The notes: a model not told the origin generated them from the letters alone. 30,087 nt of DNA from Macrostomum lignano (GCA_002269645.1 NIVC01004345.1:1-30087); one strand, 5' to 3'. Positions 1 to 10,271 are shown, numbered from the stretch's first letter. Made by a program: numbers and translations.

Positions 1-81
1 GGAGAGAGGGAGAGAGAGGGAAGAGAGAGGGAGAGAGAGGAGAGAGGAGAGAGAGACAGAGAGACAGAGAAGAAGAGAGAG

Positions 82-117
<36 letters not shown>

Positions 118-266
118 GAGAGGGAGAGAGAGAAGGGAGAGAGAGGGAGAGAGAGAGACAGAGAGAGACAGAGAGAGAGCAGGAGAAAGGAAGAGAGAGG
201 AGAGATAGAGACAGAGGGAGAGAGAGACAGGGAGAGAGAGACAGGAGAGAGAGAGAGAGAGAGAGA
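1..266. repeat. Imperfect (GA)n/(TC)n microsatellite, runs off the window edge
   Basis: Almost pure purine GA/GGA tract with occasional GACA; ends at the PLE terminal motif GGAGGGCACCTCC at 267. Confidence 0.97.
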
Positions 267-1033
267 GGAGGGCACCTCCAATCTCAGGCCCTGACACGGT
301 TAGAAAGGACTGAACAAAGTCAATTTTAGTTGGATTGCCGATATTTCGAAATTATTAAATTTCTTCGTCAGAGCTGTAAGCGAGTAAAATTTATTATGCG
401 TGAATTGCCGTCAATATATAAAGGCGATATCGCCAGGAGAGACGATCGATAAATGGGTGTGCTCAAGCACTTAAAACAGTACGCATGGCCAGTACATTAA
501 AACGAGTCTGAGACTCTGAGAAATGCGGAGGGGGTGGCTAGAACTGTACAAGTGGGCCTAAACGACCTTAAAGTGTAGGAGAACAATTGTAAAATTAAAA
601 GGCATAATAAATAGACAAGGTAAATAAAAAGTTAGTAAAAGCTCAGAGCAAAAAATGCAGGTGCACCGTACACAGTGTTTGAAAACCTTAGAATAAAAAA
701 GCAGAGAAAAAAGAAACAAAAAAACCAATGAAAAAAAATCACAGAAGGGAGCACAAAATAACAGTAAAAGACTTTGCACAGGCGTCAGAAAAAGGAATTA
801 GTGCAGGATCCAGCCGGCTATGACAGAGCAGAGTACGGAGGCTCCTCCCCTTGGTGTAGGCGGCAGCACCGGGTCTCGCAGTGCCGTATCACCCTGTCCT
901 TCACCTTGGCAGCCAGGGCGTCGGAGGTCGCACAGTGCGGCAGGATCAGCGGGATGGCCGGTTTGTGCAGTATGCCGGCAAGTTCGTTGGCGCCGTGTGG
1001 AACACGAGTCCTCAGGACCTCGATGAACTTGGC
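267..1033 (-). mobile_element. Penelope-like element copy A, heavily 5'-truncated (end of GIY-YIG ORF plus 3' UTR/pLTR)
   Basis: Minus strand from 1033 reads AKFIEVLRTRVPHGANELAGILHKPAIPLILPHCATSDALAAKVKDRV, paralogous to the ORF end of copy B (AKLIEVLKTQTPHGVNELAGTLHNPAIPLILP). Shares the hammerhead region and the terminal CCTGAGATTGGAGG(T/C)GCCCTCCTCTCT with copy B. Confidence 0.88.
335..380 (-). ncRNA. Minimal type-I hammerhead ribozyme (PLE copy A)
   Basis: Minus-strand RNA: GCU-CUGACGA-A-GAAAU(uuaaua)AUUUC-GAAA-UAU-C^GGC. Core CUGANGA and GAAA, 5-bp stem II, palindromic AUAU stem III, short stem I (GCU/GGC). Predicted cut after nt 340. Confidence 0.78.
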
Positions 1034-1296
1034 GGGAGAGAGGGAGAGAGAGGGAGAGAGAGGAAGAGAAGGAGAGAGAGAGGAGAGAGAGGGAGAGAGA
1101 GAGAGAGGAGAGAGAGAGAGGAGGGAGAGAGAGAGAGAGAAGGAGAGAGAGAGAGAGGGAGAGAGAGAGAGAGAGAGGGAGAGAGAGGAGGGGAGAGAGG
1201 GAGAGAGAGAGAGAGGGAGAGAGAGGGAGAGAGGGGGGAGAGAGGGAGAGAGAGAGGAGAGAGAGGAGAGAGAGAGAGAGAGAGGAGAGAGAGAGG

Positions 1297-1327
<31 letters not shown>

Positions 1328-1398
1328 GAGAGAGAGAGAGGAGAGAGGGAGAGAGAGGGAGAGAGAGAGAGGGGAGAGAGAGAGGAGAGAGAGGGAGA

Positions 1399-1448
<50 letters not shown>

Positions 1449-1459
1449 GGAGAGAGAGA

Positions 1460-1499
<40 letters not shown>

Positions 1500-1562
1500 G
1501 AGAGAGGGAGAGAGAGAGAGAGGGAGGAGAGAGAGAGGAGAGAGAGAGAGAGAGGGAGAGAG

Positions 1563-1623
<61 letters not shown>

Positions 1624-1634
1624 GGAGAGAGAGA

Positions 1635-1692
<58 letters not shown>

Positions 1693-1711
1693 AGGGAGAG
1701 AGAGAGAGAGA
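1034..1711. repeat. Imperfect (GA)n/(TC)n microsatellite, ~680 bp, between PLE copies A and B
   Basis: GA repeats interrupted by GGA/GGGA; source of the spurious ER/SL-rich ORFs in the track. Confidence 0.97.
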
Positions 1712-1781
1712 GGAGGGCGCCTCCAATCTCAGGCACGACGCGGTACATGTAAAAAGGACAAACAAGTCAAGATGATTTAAG

Positions 1782-1822
1782 TTGCGATATTTCGAATTAG
1801 GTAAATTCTTCGTCAGGGCAAA
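1782..1822 (-). ncRNA. Minimal type-I hammerhead ribozyme (PLE copy B)
   Basis: Minus-strand RNA: UUGCC-CUGACGA-A-GAAUU(uaccu)AAUUC-GAAA-UAU-C^GCAA. Same core as copy A with a compensatory stem II pair; stem I UUGC/GCAA. Predicted cut after nt 1786. Confidence 0.8.
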
Positions 1823-2424
1823 TGAAAAGTAGCGACAAGTGGTGTTGTAAAAGTTATTAAATAGGCGGGTTAGAGGGGAGAGAGAGTAGGCAGGTAGATA
1901 GAGAGCGTACGGTATGTACACTTGGTGTGAGTCGATAAAACACTATTAGAGTTGAAAATGCAAAATAAAAAACAGTGCACAAATAAAGTGAACCGCACGT
2001 GGGCTGCAGCGATCCTACACACGAAATAAATAATGGAATAGTGCGACTGCACCGGTGTCTAAAAAGGGGAAAGAGTGACTCTAAGCACTTTACAAAATTG
2101 ACCTCAATAAATAAATAAGCAGTAAATCAATAAATAAATAAATAAGGTGAAAGGCCCTCAAAAACTTAAAAAGAGCAATTGTACGATAAGCAAAAGAGTA
2201 AAAGTAAAAAGTGTAATAAAAAGTACAGGGTGTCAAGAAACAATAGAAATGTTGATGCAGAATAAATGCTGAGAATATACAAAAGCTGTGCTTGGGCTAG
2301 CGATGAGAATAAAAAAATTTCTAAGAAAGGAGCAACAAAAGGCTTGGTAGGTACCGGCACGGTCTGACAAAGGTAAGTAGAAGGGAAAGTGAAGTAAAAA
2401 ATCAAAAGGAAAAAATACAAAAAT

Positions 2425-3550
2425 TCAATCAGTGGTGGACTCCAGTCGACTGGGACAGAGCAGCTGCCGGAGGTTCCGCCCTTTGGTGTAGGCGGGCAGC
2501 ACCGGCGCCTCGCAGCACCGGGCCACGCGGTCCTTCACCGCGGCCACCAGGGCGTCCGACCTCGCACAATGGGCAGGATCAGCGGGATGGCCGGGTTGTG
2601 CAGCGTGCCGGCAAGCTCGTTGACGCCGTGCGGGGTTTGAGTCTTTAACACCTCGATGAGCTTGGCCTCGTGGCGCTGCCGCCGCTCGTTCGCTCTGGGT
2701 CCCGTGCCGTCACGAGACCAGATGCCGGTGAAGGCGAAGTCCGCCAGACTGTGGCCATCACTGGTGAAATGGCGGGCCACCGGAGTGTCACGGGCGTGCC
2801 GGATGTCGCCGATGTGCGCCAGCATGCGGCCGCGGATGCTGTTGGCGGTCTCGCCTACGTAGATCGTGTGGTCGCACCGGCGGCAGAACACGGCATAGAC
2901 GGCGTTGGTGGCGTTGCAGTCGATCCGCTGACTGATGATGAGCTGGACTGTCGTGGCTGCTGATCCGGGGCAGACGGAGGCGAACCTGGCGTGTGCCTGG
3001 CAGCACCTGCACAGCCGGGTCGGGTTGCACGGCAGAAAGCCGAATTCCCACCGTCTCGTCGGGTAGAAGCCCAGCTCCGTCAGCATCTCGTACTTGATCG
3101 TGCGCAGGAACCGCCGATTGTAGCCCTGGTGTTGCACCAGACTTGAAAACAGCCCGGTGCACGCTGCGTCGAAATCGGCCATCAGGGAACACCGCCGGGC
3201 GTATCTGAGGAGCTGGGACTTCACCACGCCCGGAACGTCCGCTTCGGGTGGAAAGAGTCGCGGTGAATGAGCGTTCGGCTGTCGGTCGGCTTAAAATACA
3301 CCTTAGATGCCAGGCGCTTAACGTCACCCTCGCGGTCCCAGAAGACGGTGGTATCCAGGAAGTTGACCTCGGTGCTGCTGTAGCTCAGCTGCAACCTGAT
3401 GTTCGGGTCGAGGCCATCCAGGAGCTCGTGGAAGCGGACCAGCTCGTCTCTCGTTCCGTGCCAGACGCCGAAGATGTCGTCGATGTAGCGCAGCCACAGG
3501 GCGGGCTTCTGCGGGCTGAGCTCCAGGCCCCGCTGCTCCCAGTAGCCCAT
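2425..3550 (-). pseudogene. PLE ORF fragment: RT C-terminus, thumb, Cys linker, GIY-YIG endonuclease, C-terminal extension; two -1 frameshifts
   Basis: YMGYWE, WLRYIDDIF (YIDD at 3487-3476), VNFLD, YFKPTD, FHPKRTF. Adding one base at CCC 3229-3231 continues into GVVKSQLLRYARRCS...QGY, PCNPTRLCRCC, CNATNAVYAVFCRRCDHTIYVGET, R..H, PVARHF, HEAKLI..L.T..PHGVN. Adding one base at GGG 2571-2573 continues LPHCARSDALVAAVKDRVARCCEAPVLPAYTKGRNLRQLLCPSRLESTTD, stop at 2427-2425. Confidence 0.9.
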
Positions 3551-3555
3551 GTAGC

Positions 3556-3603
3556 AGAGGAGATAAGTGAGAAGAGGAGTGAGAAGAGGAGATAAGAGAT
3601 GAG

Positions 3604-3685
<82 letters not shown>

Positions 3686-3687
3686 GG

Positions 3688-3720
<33 letters not shown>

Positions 3721-3953
3721 GAGAGAGAGAGGGAGAGAGAGAGGGAGAGAGGGGAGAGAGGGAGAGAGAGAGAGAGGGAGAGAGAGGGAGAGAGGGGGAG
3801 AGAGGGAGAGAGAGAGGGAGAGAGGGAGAGAGAGAGAGGGAGAGAGAGAGGAGAGAGAGAGAGAGGGAGAGAGAGGGAGAGAGAGGGAGGGAGAGAGAGA
3901 GGGAGAGAGAGAGAGAGAGGGAGAGAGGGGGGAGAGAGGGAGAAAGAGGAGAG
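3556..3953. repeat. Imperfect (GA)n/(TC)n microsatellite at the 5' junction of PLE copy B
   Basis: Degenerate GA-rich 3556-3605, then GA/GGGA repeats to ~3953. Confidence 0.95.
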
Positions 3954-4287
3954 CTTCACGGTGCATCGAGTTATTCAAACAATTGGCAACCTGTTTCAAC
4001 TCTGTGGGTTCTTTTCCAGGTCAGAGAAGATAAAAAGTAACTTTCTACTATAACATGTAAGATATTTAAAAGCTAAAAAAATATTATACAATACTTACTT
4101 AGCAGTTTCTTAATTAGTTACCTAACAAAAATGCAAATTATTAACACCACCGGCTGTTAAAAAGCCAATCCATGAGAAGAAGATAAGAAATCACTTGACA
4201 GTTCCCTAAAATAATCACTGCTGTGTATAAATAGACAAGATTTCACTTACACTGCAGATTGTAACAAATCTGTACTGCTGGGGTGGC

Positions 4288-4645
4288 GAGAGAGTGAGAT
4301 TGAGAGTGAGAGGGAGATTGAGAAGGAGGGTGAGAGGGAGGCTGAGAGGGAGGGTGAGAGGGAGGGTGAGAGGGAGGGTGAGAGGGAGGGTGAGAAGGAT
4401 AAGAAGGATGGTGAGAGGGAGGATGAGAAGGAGGGTGAGAAGGATGAGAAGGAGGGTGAGAGGGAGGATGAGAAGGGGGTGAGAGGGAGGGTGAGAGGGA
4501 GGGTGAGAAGGGGGGTGAGAAGGATGAGAAGGAGGGTGAGAGGGAGGATGAGAAGGGGTGAGAGGGAGGGTGAGAGGGAGGGTGGGTGAGACGGAGGGTG
4601 AGAGGGAGGGTGAGAGGGAGGGTGAGAGGGAGGGTGAGAGGGAGA
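4288..4645. repeat. 12-bp purine-rich minisatellite (GAGAGGGAGGGT)n with GAGAAGGA variants
   Basis: Direct inspection; source of the PPSH/LPLT low-complexity ORFs. Confidence 0.93.
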
Positions 4646-5393
4646 GTGATGGTAGATAAGAGAGGGGACTTAGCTGCAGGGCTGTCCCGGAGGGGACACA
4701 GCGGGAAGGCGCGGGCGCCCATTCCGCTAAATAAGAGAGGGGAAGTTTAGACCAGAAAGTGATGAGGCAGATTTTGAACGCCTAAATGTACGTGGAAGCA
4801 CTGAAAAAGTACAATATTGTGCAAAAGGGCATCGCACATCTTAATAAAGTGATATATGACTTTCTGAAGCCAGCCTGTGTGTAGCAATTGTTGAATTTTA
4901 TTCCACGTCAACCCCTACAGCGAATATGCTGCCATAAAAAGTCCATAAACAATGCATGAAAATTCTACACAGATCATGACAGCAAAATGCCTCACGGCGC
5001 CCTCACATTGGCACTTTAGAGGCATTGATTTTTACAGAATTGCAATTTTTTTGTTGATTTTCGAATTTAATCAAATTAATTCGCGATAAGGGAGAGGAAA
5101 AGATCGAACAACAAGATTAGAGATATAAAAATGAATTTCGGAAAAATACCAGTCCAGACGCGTGGACTTAGAAATCCTTGAACTCCGGGGTTTAGGAAGC
5201 TCAGAAGCTGCGGCATTGGCTGGTTGCGGCCAAATGTTGTTGAATTCCCATTTTAAAACTGAGAGACTGAGCACTCGCCAGACTAAACTGCGTTCCCAAT
5301 TTCACCGATTGAAGAGAAAAGTATTGGATTGGAATTGGTGAGACAAATTTTTTAATGTTTTATGTAAGTGAACCATGAATTTGAAATTAGTAC

Positions 5394-5752
5394 GGTTCTG
5401 GCGCCATTCGTATAATGATACTGGCGCCATTTAGACATTGGTTCTAGCGCCATTTGGATACTGGTTCTGGTGTCATTTTGATCCGGGTTCTGGCGCCATT
5501 TAGGTCACAGTTCTTGCGCCATTTAGGTCACAGTTCTGGCGCCATTTAGATCACAGTTCTGGCGCCATTTAGGTCACAGTTCTGGCGCCATTAGATGTGG
5601 GTTCTGGCGCCATTTAGATATGTTCTGGCGCCATTAGATGATGTGGGTTCTGGCGCCATTAGATATGGGTTCTGGCGCCATTTAGATATGGGTTCTGGCG
5701 CCAATAAGATGTGGGTTCTGGCGCCATTTAGATATAGTTCTGGTGCCATTTG
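5394..5752. repeat. ~23-bp minisatellite, consensus GGTTCTGGCGCCATTTAGAT(ATG/CAC), ~16 units
   Basis: Counted about 16 imperfect units, most containing the palindrome TGGCGCCA. Confidence 0.93.
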
Positions 5753-6085
5753 TTTGCTTATATTGGATTGCAATGTCCTAATCAAATAATGAATGAAAAT
5801 GGACTCATGAAATGATGAAGTGATAAAACCTGGCTTTTCTTTATATAACGAATGCCAAAATGTAGTCGGGATGCGGGATACAGGACTAGAGTGAGTAGCT
5901 CGCTTTGAAATACTTAGCTAACTTACTCTGAGATCTTCATGACAGCTTCTCCCTGTGGGACTGAAGGACCAGCAGCTGCTCAGCGTGACCCAAATATTTT
6001 GGTGAAACTCGCTACCATGGGGCTGTCGGATTCAGTTGCGTTACAGTTGACTTGAAGCTGGTCTGATTAGGATGCACTGGAACTG

Positions 6086-6423
<338 letters not shown>

Positions 6424-6972
6424 AAGAGACAGATCAGCTAAGAAGCTGGGGGCACTAGGACATTAAGATGCTATGACAGACAGACAGAAAAGAGAAAAAA
6501 TGCAGCTGTTGCTGGGCGGATGAAAAAAAAACTGATACCGAGAGTTGCTAAACAGCCTCCTCCTTCTAGCAACTTTTTGGCTGCAGAGCCCTGCATTAAT
6601 TTATTCCACAGTAAACTGGGATTCTATTTTCGACAGACGGGTCCCATTGATTTCGGGCAACCAATTTGCCTCTCTGCCCCTCGAGGTTGCCGAACAAAAA
6701 AAAACACAGCAAGCTGCCTTCAGTCCCCGCGGCTATCATTGCAGCTTCCCAATTTCGCAAGATCAACAAACCAACTGGACCAGGTGGCTCTGACTGACAA
6801 CTTCACTATTTTTTAATCTCCACTATTTTTTCAGTAGGGGGAATCGAGGGACAACTCGGCTTTGCCCAAGCAGGCTTAGCAAGAGTGGTTTATGGCATAA
6901 TTGTGTGGTATAATTCCGTTATATGGGGTTTGTGGTAGGTATACGAGTTGATGATAGTCCGCCTATCGGGGC

Positions 6973-7000
6973 CTCCCCTTTAGGGGGAGTTTTTGGCTAG
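6973..7000 (+). mobile_element. Probable Helitron 3' terminus (hairpin plus CTAG)
   Basis: CTCCCCT-TTA-GGGGGAG hairpin (6973-6989), 11 nt to the end of CTAG (6997-7000), followed by T. This matches the canonical Helitron 3' geometry. 5' TC end not located. Confidence 0.5.
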
Positions 7001-7427
7001 TCATATATACTAAAATAAGCAATGCTAATTCAATGCGTCACAGCAGACTGCGGCATTATTAAACAGCGGAAACATTTTAGCGCTTAACGCTAACTCTGTA
7101 TTCAAGACTGTGTTGTTAAGCAAATATTGCAAATATAAGTTAGTGACTTTGAGATGGAGACAGAGCGACCATGGAGACAGGGGTCCGCTTTTAATTATCT
7201 GCGCGGTGGCCAACTGGGGAGATTTTTCTGGGATTTTGCCCACCGTTGCTCGGTAAGTCTCCACCTCGGTGACTCTGGCTTCGATTCTGGAATTATTTCT
7301 GGTAGGCGTGTTTGGAATAATTATTAGGGCTCCAAGCCGAGAAGAACGAGCTCCGAGTGCCTCTGTGTGCGATTGTAAACAGAGCAGACTCAAGCAGGCA
7401 CAAAGAAGCGGGCTGAGCGTGTACTTT

Positions 7428-7495
7428 ACTGACCGACTGACTGACTGACTGACTGACTGACTGACTGACTGACTGACTGACTGACTGACTGACTG
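7428..7495. repeat. (GACT)n microsatellite
   Basis: Direct inspection. Confidence 0.95.
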
Positions 7496-7826
7496 CAACT
7501 TGATTAAAACTTAAATGAGTATTCAACTCTCTGGGCAGTTAATCACGTTTCTGCCATTTAATTTTTTCTCTTCATTTCTGCATCCCAGTTGTTTATTAAG
7601 CCTTCAGGCACGATTTAGCAGTGAAAGGAAAAGTCCGTGTTTAGGCAACAATCACGTTTTATTTCCAACGGCGCCTGGAAAAAACTAAAATTCTCATCAA
7701 TTTTAAACTGCAATAATTTGACAATCATAATCGCAATTAATTCTGCGATTCGTGACCGACCAATTGGATTAACAGATAGAATTTCGCTTTTTACAATTTA
7801 CTGAATTTTTATCACTCGACCGGCAA

Positions 7827-8100
7827 TGGGTCTTCAAGGATGTGACTGGGCCATCAAGGATGTGACTGGGTCATCAAGAATGTGACTGGGTCATCAAGAA
7901 TGTGACTGGGCCATCAAGGATGTGACTGGGCCATCAAGAATGTGACTGGGCCATCAAGGATGTGACTGGGTCATCAAGAATGTGACTGGGTCATCAAGAA
8001 TGTGACTGGGCCATCAAGGATGTGACTGGGCCATCAAGGATGTGACTGGGCCATCAAGGATGTGACTGGGCCATCAAGGATGTGACTGGGTCATCAAGGA
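7827..8100. repeat. 20-bp tandem array TGGG(C/T)CATCAAG(G/A)ATGTGAC, ~13.7 units
   Basis: Head-to-tail units with no spacers; last partial unit ends ...CATCAAGGA at 8100. Confidence 0.96.
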
Positions 8101-10271
8101 CTCCTGAAGTAAGATGATGCCCGGTTTTGCGAAGTTGGCCAACCTGAATCAAGTTGGTCGAAGCCGCGATGCAGCGGTGCAGGTTCAGCTGCAGGATGTC
8201 CACTCCCGGAATTTCACGGGTGGTCCGTGCAGCTTCCTGCTTGCTCAGGGCGAATTTTGCAGGAGAGCTGCCTCTTTCGCCTCGCCGATGGCTCCAGGCT
8301 CCAGTTCCATGGGCTCCTCCCGGATAGTTTCCATGGTCGAGGGCGGGGCTGCCACAGGGGCGGCATTCGTACTCTCGGCCCAGTTTTCCGGGTGGGCCGC
8401 AGTGGTGATACTGTGCTGAGGGTTGCTGCGGTTTTTGAGCCTTTGGCGGTGTCCCAGCAGCTGCGGTTTCCGGCCCTTTCCACGTCCGCCTGTTGCTGCA
8501 GCTTTCGCGGCTTTCCCTCTGACAGGGTCCATGTCCTCGGAGGGGTCGTGACGACCGGGAGCTTCTTTTCCTGGGCGAACCCCCGCTCGCCTGCTTACGC
8601 TTCTCCGGGGGCGGTGGACGGGTGGCGTCAGACTCAAAGCTAAAGAACTGAATCTGCATCAGCCCGACAGAGATGAGGGACATGTCCGGATAGCGGAGCA
8701 TCCAGCTATCTGACAGTCCGAGGATTGCCGTGAAACCGTCTCCGCCCAGCTTGGAGATGGTCTCGTGAACTACGACGCCATTTGCCGGCAGGTCCGGATT
8801 TGGTTGCCAGCAGCAGGCGGCGCAGCTCGTCGGCGTTGGTGATGGCGCTGCGAGCCGGAATCCAGGCACGGTGCCGGTGTGTCCGGGGTCGCTCGTCCTC
8901 CCTGTATATAAATAGGTTTCCCAGTTCTGCACCCGAGTCGAAGGCTTTCAGCGTCTCAAGGAGCTGCTGCCCAGACTGGCTGTCGGTGGGCTGGATGTGG
9001 AGGGCCTGGTCCTCGACATTCGTCTTCAGGACTTGAATGACGGTGCCGCTCAAGGCAATCCTGACCAGGTGGGAGTCCAACCTGCGCCAGATTTGGTCGA
9101 GCCGTTTGACCGAGAGAGGCGTCTCCTGGCCTTGAATGATCAGGGCCGGCTGCCTCTTGGCCATAGCCGCATAGGTGCGCCTCGGCTTAGTGGTTTGGCC
9201 AGCACCCAACGTTTTGTATCCATCTGCAGCCGTGGGAGTTTCCACACGAGCAGAGGTCCCGCCGCGGGAGGGGCCAGCCGCACCAGAAGCTTTGGCGGCA
9301 CCCGACGCTTCCGGCCGACGCGCGGGGTCCGCCCCTTTGTCGGATGTCGGTCCCTCCGCGGCGGGATTCCCAGAGTTTCCGGCCCCTCCTCAGAGGCGGC
9401 AGATGAGGCGGCTATCGCACTCCTCCGTTCCTCCTCTTTGCGCTGGCGGAAAGCTTGGTAACGAGCGATGCTACGGGCCTTCCGCTTAGAGATCGGGGGC
9501 CCGCTGCCCTGTTTTCCAGCCACTTCGGTATTGTCCTGAGTGGCAGCAGGGTTGTTCGGCTGAGAGGCATCGGAAGTTCCGGTGCTGCAAACGTCCGGTT
9601 GAGCCGCGGTACCAACCGGTTGCCGTTCCAGCAGCATCAAGGGACGCGTTGGAAGTAGTAGAATACTCCATGAGTCGCTGAAAAGCAGGTTGGGATTAGA
9701 GGTAATTAGAGGTGCTGGGCCGTAACCCCAAACCCAACAGCCAGCCAAAAGAATAGCGACCAGGGGGTGGCTTAAGCGCTTACTGGCCCGACCGCTGGCA
9801 ACCGAGAAACTCCTCGGCTAAGAGCCCGGCTTGGAGAGAACAGAGGCCGAACCAAAGGTCCATCAGCGCGGTACTACACTTGGCCCTTGAGAGAGACAAA
9901 AAAGGCTGTCTCTGGAGCCTGCGGACTGGCCGCATACCCTGATAAGGTCAGAGGGTGATACCTGTTCCTCAGAGCCGTGGCTAGAGGTACCTGATATGCA
10001 CAGGTTCACTTTCGGGCAGAGCCCGTACCCAAAGCGGCCAAGACAGAAGCCGAGGCCACGGATGGGTTGCCGCCGCTGGAGCCCAGTCAGTCCAGCAGCC
10101 CTAGAGCTGCCTTGAACACATGCGGGACGTGAACCCCTGGGTCAGCTTGTGAGTCAGCTTGGAGAGTTCCTGCACCAGAATAGAGGGGGTGCAGGTGTGT
10201 AGTATCGCAGACCTTATCTCGTAAGCCTAGTCTGTCTCATGCTACACAGGCGTGCCGAGCTCACCATTGCA
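8101..10271 (-). mobile_element. Non-LTR retrotransposon 5' half (5' UTR, ORF1, start of APE-endonuclease ORF2); R1/LOA-like; RT absent
   Basis: GC-rich block with frameshifted minus-strand ORF pieces and ILQLNLHRCIAASTNL (8197-8150), resembling the first strand of non-LTR APE domains. Clade assignment is from recalled motif style only. Confidence 0.7.
8245..9671 (-). pseudogene. Non-LTR ORF1 (gag-like), broken by several frameshifts
   Basis: Consecutive ORF pieces: basic/coiled KRKARSIARYQAFRQRKEEERR; TYAAMAK; folded core LHIQPTDSQSGQQLL...HRAWIP...LRRLL then NPDLP...GFTAILGLSDSW...GLMQIQF (DUF4780-like by recall); low-complexity tail ending ALLQNSP at 8245. Start codon uncertain. Confidence 0.6.

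Larger units (their letters stand above)
1712..3555 (-). mobile_element. Penelope-like retroelement copy B (Neptune-type, C-terminal GIY-YIG), 5'-truncated within the RT
   Basis: RT palm/thumb, Cys-rich linker, GIY-YIG domain, ~710-nt T-rich 3' region with a hammerhead, terminal motif at 1712-1733; bounded by (TC)n on both sides. Confidence 0.92.

Noticed and set aside
774-1921. Long ER-rich and SL-rich ORFs (also 3324-3999, 4243-4722, 6012-6424, 16624-17553, 26278-26910)
   Set aside because: Translations of micro/minisatellites that lack stop codons; no domain content apart from the short PLE part noted.
2425-3550. Programmed frameshifting or selenocysteine recoding in the PLE ORF
   Set aside because: Shifts are single-base homopolymer losses without slippery heptamers; no in-frame UGA in the repaired frame.
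7025-7430. Minus-strand 157-aa ORF next to (GACT)n
   Set aside because: Starts in the microsatellite; no recognisable motif in the remainder.
7827-8100. Possible CRISPR array (also 5394-5752, 11018-11132)
   Set aside because: Units are head-to-tail with no unique spacers, there are no cas genes, and the context is eukaryotic.
8114-9658. Plus-strand ORFs over the retroelement (also 2656-3595 over the PLE and antisense ORFs over the genes)
   Set aside because: Antisense shadows of GC-rich coding sequence.
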